IMG/VR virus record: IMGVR_UViG_3300025654_000017 | Location: 1 to 45,523 of that record | Length of the DNA: 45,523 nt | Source of the DNA: a virus | Lineage: Duplodnaviria; Caudoviricetes | Direction: 5' to 3' (one strand) | Shown here: piece after piece, positions 16,273 to 24,700 of the stretch | Layout: each line of letters opens with the position of its first letter | Numbering within the stretch: position 1 is the stretch's first letter | Notes under the pieces: model-generated | The model's database searches: none | Seen by the model: only the letters and a program-made list of their open reading frames with translations | What the model was told of the DNA's origin: nothing | Program-made: the position numbers and the translations under genes

Positions 16273-16862
16273 TAGGATACTTTCTGCTTGATGAAGTTAA
16301 TAAGCTTAATGGCTTCAGCACTGTTGAGACCATCCAGAACCTTGACGCGACCGCTTGAAGCCCATGTGATGGACTTATCTGTCTGCTCGGTGGTAAGGAA
16401 TGCCTGATCAATCAGCTTGAGAATGTTCTCCTTCTGAGCCTCGGACATTTTTGCCACCACCTGAGCCGCAGCCTTGGGTGCATTGCCCCCCACATTGGTG
16501 TGGTCAGCATCCTTAGTGTCATCGATGGCGAACAAGGCATTGAGCGCATACTTACGAGCGTAAGATGATGCAGCTCCAGTGATCTGTGACTCATCCATGC
16601 CCTTCTTAGTCTGAGGCTCTCGAGCGTATCCGTCCGCACTAGCTACCACCTGATGGTTCTCATCGAGTAGGTATGCCGTAGCTTTAACGTAGACCCGATC
16701 TAGGTGACACTCGATAGCATCACATAGTGTGACTGAGCAATCGCCTAGGACTGGCTTGACTGCCTCGAGGATGTCCTCACAGGAGCGGTATTTATATTTG
16801 CCAAAGTTATTGGTTTGTCCTTTGGGGGCTTTCAACGACTGTTGTATTGTGTTTAGTTTCAT
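16272..16862 (-). CDS. erf: ERF-family ssDNA annealing protein
   Basis: KAPKGQTNNFGKYKYRSCEDILEAVKP and QITGAASSYARKYAL motifs. Confidence 0.92.
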   Translation of the reverse strand: MKLNTIQQSLKAPKGQTNNFGKYKYRSCEDILEAVKPVLGDCSVTLCDAIECHLDRVYVKATAYLLDENHQVVASADGYAREPQTKKGMDESQITGAASSYARKYALNALFAIDDTKDADHTNVGGNAPKAAAQVVAKMSEAQKENILKLIDQAFLTTEQTDKSITWASSGRVKVLDGLNSAEAIKLINFIKQKVS

Positions 16863-16883
16863 ATTTGTTGTGTTTGTTTGTTT

Positions 16884-17069
16884 TTAATGTGGGGTAATTG
16901 GGTGAGTTGATTCTTCTTCGTTTGTGTGCCATACCCAGAGTGTGATGGTGTCACCTTCTCTGAGTGCTGACTTTAGGTAATATCCATTCTGGTATCCAAT
17001 CCTATTCGTTGGGGTGGATACCGTGAACAGCATTCCGTTTAATCTTCCATTGACGCATTTGTTCTTCAT
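16884..17069 (-). CDS. Hypothetical protein
   Basis: 61-aa ORF within the operon. Confidence 0.45.
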   Translation of the reverse strand: MKNKCVNGRLNGMLFTVSTPTNRIGYQNGYYLKSALREGDTITLWVWHTNEEESTHPITPH

Positions 17070-17173
17070 AGCTGACCTGACTCTCGCGTTAATGCGTAAA
17101 TTATTGTTGCAATAGAGAAAGCCAAGAGAACGTATGCTGAGAAGCGTAGCACTGGATCATCATCGTAATTCAT
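17066..17173 (-). CDS. Small membrane peptide (35 aa)
   Basis: My translation MNYDDDPVLRFSAYVLLAFSIATIIYALTRESGQL; ATGA overlaps on both sides. Confidence 0.5.
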   Translation of the reverse strand: MNYDDDPVLRFSAYVLLAFSIATIIYALTRESGQL

Positions 17174-17439
17174 GCTATGAAACCCCTTTCTCTGTAGAAA
17201 TCGTGTGCCTGCTTGGCTAGGATAGCTACATATACCCAGCTATTAAGTGCGGTCAGTCCAGTTACAGACTTGGCAAACTCAACAGCCTCTATAAGTGAGT
17301 GTGATGGCTCGCGCATATCATAGCTTGTGCAGATAAACTCTCGCTCCATAACCTCTCCCTTGTGCTGGTCGATGGTCTCGATCACTGAGACTACCCACTC
17401 GCCGATCTTAATCTCAGCTACTGTATATTCCTTATCCAT
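17170..17439 (-). CDS. Hypothetical protein
   Basis: 89-aa ORF within the operon. Confidence 0.6.
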   Translation of the reverse strand: MDKEYTVAEIKIGEWVVSVIETIDQHKGEVMEREFICTSYDMREPSHSLIEAVEFAKSVTGLTALNSWVYVAILAKQAHDFYRERGFIA

Positions 17440-17683
17440 TGATCAACTTCCTTCCTGCGTGAGTGATTAGGATGTGAAGTCTGCGCTTGTCAACAAGATC
17501 ACTTTCTTTGGCTACGAGACCCTTGTCGCGTAGCTTGTTAATGATGCGAGTGATGTTCGCTTTCTGGAAATACTCATCCACCAAAAGTGAAGGAGTAAAT
17601 GTGTCGCTCGAACAAAGCTTAATCAGGACAATTCCGTCCCGAACGGTAAGCCCGTTTTGCAATAGTGTATTTAGTATTTTCAT
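17432..17683 (-). CDS. MarR-like winged-helix regulator
   Basis: KANITRIINKLRDKGLV...DKRRLHILITHAG; likely start ATG 17683. Confidence 0.8.
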   Translation of the reverse strand: MKILNTLLQNGLTVRDGIVLIKLCSSDTFTPSLLVDEYFQKANITRIINKLRDKGLVAKESDLVDKRRLHILITHAGRKLING

Positions 17684-17692
17684 GTCGCCGAC

Positions 17693-17722
17693 ATAGTAAG
17701 GTAGAAACCTACTAAACGTCAA
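17693..17722 (-). promoter_or_regulatory. Sigma70-like promoter of the recombination operon
   Basis: TTGACG-18 bp-TACTAT; ATG 9 nt downstream. Confidence 0.5.
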
Positions 17723-17784
17723 CACTTTTATACCATATAAATGAACTTTGTTCCTAAGTGACTAACCCAGAGCGCATTAAAATC

Positions 17785-18021
17785 TCACTTTTTTCTAGCG
17801 ATCTCAACTGTTAGATCGTTAATCGCGTCACTCAGCCTGTTGTAACTCTTATCGTGCCTCTCATTCTCATGCTCCCTCTGATCCTCGTGCTTGCTTACTA
17901 TTATCCCGATAAGCTTATCCTTCTTATCCAGCGCTGTGAGAAACCATCTAGCCACAGCTACTATTGCGCCAACAGAGAAACCTGCAACACCATACTCAGT
18001 TAATGTAGCAGGATCAAACAT
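17785..18021 (-). CDS. Putative holin-like membrane protein
   Basis: One N-terminal transmembrane segment plus a charged coiled tail; in the lysis cluster. Confidence 0.5.
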   Translation of the reverse strand: MFDPATLTEYGVAGFSVGAIVAVARWFLTALDKKDKLIGIIVSKHEDQREHENERHDKSYNRLSDAINDLTVEIARKK

Positions 18022-18026
18022 ATGTA

Positions 18027-18347
18027 TTACTTACTAAGACGTAAGGTCGTGAGGTATAAATGGATGGTGGTCAAGGATGTGACCGCAAACATTAGTAGGC
18101 GGAGAATACTTTGTGCATACACAGGCACATGCTCTAGCTTATTCATGTAAGCAAGCACACTAAAAGCCAGCGTTCCTAGCCCGAGGAATCCCTCCCCGAT
18201 TAGCTGCCACATGAGGCTGCTACTGAGATGGAAGCTCCCGCCTTTAAGGTGGCGAGCCTGCTTCCTGAATTGCAAAGCAACAAAGATGGAGAGAACAACG
18301 GTCGCCAAACCAAGCAGGACGATGAAAAAGGTAAGGGAATCTATCAT
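18027..18347 (-). CDS. Three-TM membrane protein, possible holin
   Basis: Three hydrophobic segments; next to the amidase. Confidence 0.5.
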   Translation of the reverse strand: MIDSLTFFIVLLGLATVVLSIFVALQFRKQARHLKGGSFHLSSSLMWQLIGEGFLGLGTLAFSVLAYMNKLEHVPVYAQSILRLLMFAVTSLTTIHLYLTTLRLSK

Positions 18348-18413
18348 AATTAAGGGGTAAATTGTATTGTATTTTGGTTCGGTCTGAGAGCTAGAGCCAA
18401 GTAACGATTTTTA

Positions 18414-19016
18414 TCAGGAGTTTAAGTTAAGTTGATCTTCTATTCTAACAACCCGTTCTTCTAAAGTCAACGCTGGTTTGGAAGACTCAATGCCAAAATA
18501 ATCAAAGATGCCTCGGGCTATGACCTCGCCCATAGCTTGTCTGGTCTCTTCAAGGGATACCCATTTGTTCTCAGCATCATTGGAGAGGAAGCACCCCTCG
18601 GTCAGAATGGCAGGCATGTTTGTATTGACTAGAACGTAGAACCCAGCGGTCTTGATGCCCCTATCTCTCTGTTCTGGGAATGCGGCAGTGTGTCTTGACG
18701 CAACCTTCTTAGCCAACTCTTTGGACTTGGTATAGCCAGCGGTAAATACCTCGAACCCAGACGCATCTGGAGTGGCTGAGTTGAGGTGCAGGGAGACAAA
18801 GATGTCAGCACCCCATTCGTTAGCCATACGGCAACGCTCAGGCAAGGACACGAAGGTGTCGTCCTCACGTATCATCTGCACCTCTACGTGCGTCTCAAGC
18901 AAAGCTCGTAGCCTTAAGCCTATGTCTAGGACTGCGTGACTCTCAAATAGTCCGTTAAATGAGCCAGTCGCTCCAGAATCTTCCCCGCCATGCCCACAGT
19001 CAATCGTTACCTTCAT
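18414..19016 (-). CDS. N-acetylmuramoyl-L-alanine amidase (Amidase_3) endolysin
   Basis: IDCGHGGEDSGA, SLPERCRMAN, FVSLHLNS and PAILTEGCFLSN motifs. Confidence 0.93.
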   Translation of the reverse strand: MKVTIDCGHGGEDSGATGSFNGLFESHAVLDIGLRLRALLETHVEVQMIREDDTFVSLPERCRMANEWGADIFVSLHLNSATPDASGFEVFTAGYTKSKELAKKVASRHTAAFPEQRDRGIKTAGFYVLVNTNMPAILTEGCFLSNDAENKWVSLEETRQAMGEVIARGIFDYFGIESSKPALTLEERVVRIEDQLNLNS

Positions 19017-19153
19017 TACTTAGCGGGTTCTACTTGAGGGATTGCTTTAGGATAGATCACAATATCAAGAAACCTGCCAGAGTAACGAAGACTCGTGCCA
19101 GCACATGATGCCAGAGCGAGTGTCGCGGTTGCTAATATAAATAGCTTAATCAT
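19016..19153 (-). CDS. Small lipoprotein (45 aa), spanin candidate
   Basis: Not in the track; MIKLFILATATLALASC lipobox; stop/start overlaps on both sides. Confidence 0.65.
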   Translation of the reverse strand: MIKLFILATATLALASCAGTSLRYSGRFLDIVIYPKAIPQVEPAK

Positions 19154-19554
19154 AACTCGTGTCGATTATTAGGTGAAAATTGTGGATGAATCACACGCCA
19201 ATTCTTCTTAGCCCCCAGTCTCACCGCTCTATAGATAGCGCGTCTGGTGAAGAACCCAACGCCGTATGCCTTCATCCATCGGAGGAATAGCTTGTCTGCC
19301 TGCTTGCGTGTCAACGGGTTAGGCAGTATGCGGTAAGTGTAGTCATGTAGGATACCAGCGTAAATGTAGCTTGGTGACTTAGAGAATATGCTTTGGAATA
19401 GCTTTGGAATACTAAGCCCGTCTGAGACAAACCTCTTTGGCACTACCACGAGCGTATTACCATCATCAAAAGCCATAGGCACGCAAGCGTAGAACACACG
19501 CTGGCGTTTGTCGCCATCGTAGTAGGTGTGGAGTTCTGGCTCTGGTAAATTCAT
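19150..19554 (-). CDS. DUF1353-family protein
   Basis: VPKRFVSDGLSIP, AGILHDYTY, RKQADKLF and IYRAVRLG motifs. Confidence 0.85.
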   Translation of the reverse strand: MNLPEPELHTYYDGDKRQRVFYACVPMAFDDGNTLVVVPKRFVSDGLSIPKLFQSIFSKSPSYIYAGILHDYTYRILPNPLTRKQADKLFLRWMKAYGVGFFTRRAIYRAVRLGAKKNWRVIHPQFSPNNRHEL

Positions 19555-19982
19555 TAGCTCCAGTATGAGTCGTCAGTAAAGTCTTGGGGGATAGGAGACA
19601 TTGTCTCTATCTCGTTTGATTTGTATCTGAGGGTCTGGACTGTCGCCCACACGGATTCGATAGCCGCACGTGACTCCTCTTGTTCAGCAGTAAGTGAGCC
19701 ACCCGCTTGAATGATCTTGGCGTAGGTTAAGTCTGTCGCAATGTGGTTACGTTGCTTCCACTCTGGGCAGACTTCAAGGATGCGCCTACCAGCCTCAGCC
19801 TTCACCTGCTCAACCGTAGGCTCATCGTCTGGTGCGGGTGTGCCGTCTAGGTTATAGTTGTCGGCATACGTTCCGTCCTGCTTCTTCTGGCATTCAACCC
19901 AGTCACCTTGGATAAGGTTATCTTGGTTGGCTAGTATGCCGTAGCGTTTGCCTTGCGGGTTGATGTATAGTTTATAACTCAT
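19554..19982 (-). CDS. Putative tail fibre assembly chaperone
   Basis: VKAEAGRRILEVCPEWKQRN...DFTDDSYW; follows the fibre gene; likely start ATG 19982. Confidence 0.6.
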   Translation of the reverse strand: MSYKLYINPQGKRYGILANQDNLIQGDWVECQKKQDGTYADNYNLDGTPAPDDEPTVEQVKAEAGRRILEVCPEWKQRNHIATDLTYAKIIQAGGSLTAEQEESRAAIESVWATVQTLRYKSNEIETMSPIPQDFTDDSYWS

Positions 19983-19989
19983 GATTTTT

Positions 19990-21687
19990 TTATCTAAGCT
20001 CGCTCCATGTTTGAAGGTCGCACCCGATAGTCTCAACCTTATAGATGCTCCCGTCCGTAACATTAAAGTATGCAAATAACTCTCTGTCGTAATTGTTAAG
20101 GTCGTCATTACGGAAATTGGTAATTGCCAATCCGTCCACATACCCGCTACAAACTACATAGGTTGCTCTGCTGTTTGTTGCCGAAGCCCCCACAGCTATC
20201 AGTCGTCCAGTTGAGTTGGTGATGTCGCTGTTGGCTGATCTAGTAACAGCAACCCACCCCTGCCCGTATCCTAGTGGTGCGTTCTTAGCCTTACATACCA
20301 GCGTGACTGTTACTGCTACGGTCTCGTCAGTCAGTGACTTGCTTGTCGTGCCTCCAGCGTGTTCTGCGTTGACTATGACGTTGCCTGTGTCGGTTATGCC
20401 CTCAACAGTGTATACATCATCGTTACTGACAGATCCAGTCACCTCAATGACATCACCGTCAGCTAGTCCAGTAATGCTTCCGATACCTGTCAGCGCGATG
20501 TTGTTAGTGGAGTTGGTGAAGGTTGCTGTGCCTGTGACTGATGGCAGCGTAACGATGTCATCAAGTGTGCTGCTGTATGCTTGGACATCTGTGCCAATGG
20601 CTAGTCCTAGAGTCGTGCGTTGTGCGCTTGCGTCCGCGTCATCTAGTAATGCTCGACCTGCGCTTGTGCAAGTGATCTCTGAGACAGTGCCTCCAGCTAC
20701 ACTGCCAAGTATCTTGTCTGCTGCAGTAACGTCCTGCACCATGTCGTAGGTGATGGAGTCGGCGGCAGGGAGTGGCGTGTTAGTCGCGTTAGTTAAATCT
20801 ACTGCCGATGGTGTGCCAAGGGCGGGGGTGACAAGCGTGGGGCTAGTGGCGAACACTAGCGCACCTGTGCCTGTTTCGTCTGAGATGACTCCAGCTAGTT
20901 CTGCTGAAGTAGTTGCTGCAAACTGTGAAAGGGGGTTAGCTGTCTGGGCGTTGCCTCCACCGATAAGATCAACAAAAGAACAAGTGGTGTCACCATCTGA
21001 TTGCAGGACTTGTCCAACAGTAGCCGACTCTGAGTTTAAGTCACCAGCAGTTATCTTGTTGATGGTCAGTGCTTGACCAACAAGTGAGACATACGTTCCC
21101 GTGCCAGCCTTAGTTACGTCAGTTGAGTTGTCTGTGCCAGCTACGTCCACGTTAAGGTTAGTCCGTGCCGTGGCTGCGTCATTCAGATCTGACAGGTCGT
21201 TAGCTGTCTGTGCGAAAGTCGTATTAGGGATCTCGGCAAGGTCGCCGCTGCCATCGAAGCCGAGCAGGTTGTCTGCCGTGCCTGTTGATCCAGTGCCACC
21301 CTCGTCCGATGAGAACGTCAGCACGTCCTGTGCCTTGCGCCACACCCTGCGTATCTGCATGTTGAGCCTGTCGTATGCCTGCTCTAGCGTCTTAGCGGGT
21401 AGTGAGCCTGTCTCCTGTAGCGAGACTGGTTGATCTAGCTCCACGTCTAGGACTGCAACGACCGATTTAGTCCCCGCTTGTGCTACCGTTGTGGTGAATG
21501 TCCCCGTGCCAGCAGTGCCATCACCAGCTAGAGCGTAGTTCTGACCAGCGCCCTCGACCTGTAGAACACCATCAATATAGACGTTAACATGACTGTCCTC
21601 TAGGTATTTAAAGGGTATAGTGTAAGGTGTTACCGTTGAGTTATTACCTGAGTAAGTTACTTTGGTTGCTATGGATGAGATGGACAT
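19990..21687 (-). CDS. Tail fibre with T7 gp17-like N-terminal attachment domain
   Basis: YSGNNST..YTIPFKYL...LEQAYDRLNMQI N-terminal domain; NDLSDLNDAATARTNL and AQRTTLGL shaft motifs. Confidence 0.85.
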   Translation of the reverse strand: MSISSIATKVTYSGNNSTVTPYTIPFKYLEDSHVNVYIDGVLQVEGAGQNYALAGDGTAGTGTFTTTVAQAGTKSVVAVLDVELDQPVSLQETGSLPAKTLEQAYDRLNMQIRRVWRKAQDVLTFSSDEGGTGSTGTADNLLGFDGSGDLAEIPNTTFAQTANDLSDLNDAATARTNLNVDVAGTDNSTDVTKAGTGTYVSLVGQALTINKITAGDLNSESATVGQVLQSDGDTTCSFVDLIGGGNAQTANPLSQFAATTSAELAGVISDETGTGALVFATSPTLVTPALGTPSAVDLTNATNTPLPAADSITYDMVQDVTAADKILGSVAGGTVSEITCTSAGRALLDDADASAQRTTLGLAIGTDVQAYSSTLDDIVTLPSVTGTATFTNSTNNIALTGIGSITGLADGDVIEVTGSVSNDDVYTVEGITDTGNVIVNAEHAGGTTSKSLTDETVAVTVTLVCKAKNAPLGYGQGWVAVTRSANSDITNSTGRLIAVGASATNSRATYVVCSGYVDGLAITNFRNDDLNNYDRELFAYFNVTDGSIYKVETIGCDLQTWSELR

Positions 21688-21722
21688 TGGGTATTTGGCT
21701 TAATATTATGATATGGATAGGT

Positions 21723-24700
21723 TTAGAAGTCAACCAGTAACTGTTTAATGATGTATTTCTCGATCCCCTTCTCGCTTTCTTTTTGCATTTTAATGAACTC
21801 CCCGCGCATCTCGTCACCCATCTCAAGCATGATCTCTCTGGATCTGCCCATGATTTCTTCCTTACGCTGGGTGTCTATTGATCGGATCATCCTCTTGTCT
21901 TTGTTGTCTTTGGCATCCTTCATCTCATCCTTAGTTTCTGCGTGAACGGAGCGAACTACATTCTTGATTCTTTTTTCGTAGATGTCCAAAGTGTCAGCCT
22001 TGCTGAACCCTTGGCTTAGGGTGTTGTTCATAAATCCGAGAGCGTCCCTTGATGCGTTGGATGCCTGTGACAAGAATGCTGTCTGGGGCGCTACTGAACC
22101 AAGCATCTGTAGTCCACGCAGCAGAGCGTCTGCGTTTTCGCTTGCCGATCTTTCATCCCACTTGGCTGTTGTCGAGAGCATCTGTAGCGTGCCAGTGCCG
22201 AACGTCCTAGTCAGCGGGTTGCTGCTGGAGGAGAACACATCCTGACCCATGAGTCTCTTAACTGTTCCAGAGATTAACTCGCCAGCAATGGGTATTCCAG
22301 AAAAGGATTCTGAAAGCATCATGGAGGCAAGCTTTGTTCCATCCTTCATGTCGTTAATGAACCGCTCCTCTGCGTCATCGCCCTCACCGTATCCCTTGAA
22401 TAATGCGGCATACAACGAGCTGACAACGTGGATCATTAGGTTAACGCCTACTACCTGAACCAGTAACTGTTGAGCGGCAAGGGATCTGCTTTGCACGCCT
22501 TTACCAAACAGTAACTTCCTTACCGCTAATGAGTTAATTGCCATCTGCTTACGAGCCTCGGACTGGAACATGACGAGAAACGTCACGAGCGGCATACGCC
22601 TATTCTCAAACATAGACTTACTGAGTCTGTCTGTAGGTTGTGCATATCGAGCCATCAGGTCGTCAACGTGGTCTAATGCTTGCGCCCTAGCCTCCGCGTC
22701 AACCACGCCCTCTGATCGCAACTTCCTAAGTCTGGCAACGTAGGCAATAGCCATAGTCATATTCGATCCTGTGTCAGCTAAGTTGATGCCCTGCACCCCG
22801 ACCTCTGCCAGTCTTTCACTGGTGGTAAACAGGACGTTGCCACGAGTGCCGCCCTCAAGAGCATACCTAGTAGCTACCGATGCTCCCATCTTCAGCCTTC
22901 TCTGGAACGTCTCGGTTTTCAGTAAGTCCTTAGCCTCTCTGAATACCTCTGGTCTAAGTCCAGATATTAACTCCCTAGCTTCCACGCCTAGTGCCACGTT
23001 GGTCAGTGCTGAAAAGTTTTTCCATATGGTAGAAAGCTTCATGCCAAGAATACCAAGAGACATCCCCTTGCCCAGTGATCTTGCGAACAAATCAGACTCT
23101 AGCTGTATTTGCGCGACGGCAGAACCCTGTGTCTCAATGTCGTCCAAACGCTTGTTGAGGTGAGCAATAAAGCCAGCCCCCTTGGATGCCTTGATTGCCA
23201 TCTGCACCTCTGCGTTGCGTAGCACGCCAGCCCACTTTCGTAAGACCTCTGCGTGTGACTTCCAGAATGCGTCCTGCATTATGTGGTGGTTGAAGGTGTG
23301 GGCTGCGTTCTGTCTCTTGGGGTCTGAGTTGTGGTTGACCCTCATCTTGTGAGCGGACGGGCGCTTGCTTACCCCAGCAACATCAATGCCGTCTATCTGT
23401 AAGCTCGTTTCCTCCTTGCCCCTGTGTTCAAATACCGCTGGAAAGTAGTTCTCCACGGTAGCCATAGCCAGACCATACTCGCTCCTGTGTAGCTTCTCCG
23501 TGTCAGGTGTCATATCTCTGAGCTTGTTCTGCATCCACATGCCAAGCTCCTTAACGTCATCGTCTAAGACATCATCAAGCTGAGTCCTGTATTGCTCGTC
23601 ATGCCCTGCGGTGTCATACTTGTCCTTAAGGTCTAGCTGCTGCACGGCAAGCCAGTCTTTGAGCAGGTCAAGCTGGGACATGTTGCCCACGCTGATTCGG
23701 TTGTCGGGGTTGAATCTGTCCACCACTGTGACACGGCTACCCCAATCAACAGCCTTTGCTAGTGAGTTAAGCCTAGCCTGCACCCTAGCGGTCTTGTTAG
23801 TCCCCTTGATGCCAAAGATATCAGAGAACACCTGCTTCATTTCCTCCTTGTGCTGAAGCTGCGCCCACTCAAAAGAGTTGTTAGCCCTCCGCAGGTCGTC
23901 CGTCATTTCCCCCACCACGGCAGCGCCCGCGCCCTTCATGTCCTCACGCAGAAGGTCGGTGATATTGTAAAAGCTTAACTGCTCCCTAGCTGCGTTGGCA
24001 ATTTTACTGCTCATGCCGCCAGCGTTATTCTTCTCGGTAATAGACTTGCCCATCTTCTTCAGTGAAGTGACAACTGCCTTAACCTTGTTATCCTTCCACT
24101 CCCTGCGCTTGGCGAGAACATCCAGCCACTGCTTGCGACCCTTGTCCCAATTAGTTTTCATGAGACCCCGCATCATGGTTAGTCTGTTTGAGTCTGCGTT
24201 AGCGAAGTCTGCAAACATCTCGTAGATGTAGGCAACATCCTCATGCTCCTGCATCTTCTCTATGGTTGGGTCTTCAATCTCTGCTAGTGTTTCCCTCTCG
24301 TCTTGAGCAGCACGGGCGGCTTTCTCTGGTGTCATCTTCATTGCCTTAAGTGCAGCCTCGGCTACCCTATGCCCAACGTCACCGATTTTGCTTTGACCAG
24401 AGTCAGATGCCTTGCTCTTGGACATGGGTTGGCTTTTCTTGACCAGCTTGCTGACCGATGCACGCAATTCCCTGCGTAAATATTTTTCTAGTGCGGTGTC
24501 TACGGAGTCCAGCCTTTTAGATACATACCTTGCAAACCCCTTGCTTGTCTTATACTCTGAGGCACGCTTCTTTGTGCCAAGGCTTCTACGAACCTCTGGC
24601 GGCAACACTCTTTCAATAGCTTCAATCTGAGCAACGCTAGATATGATAAACTCACGCTCATCCATTTCCTTGTCAGCCTCGCTCATGGATTCTGGTGTGA

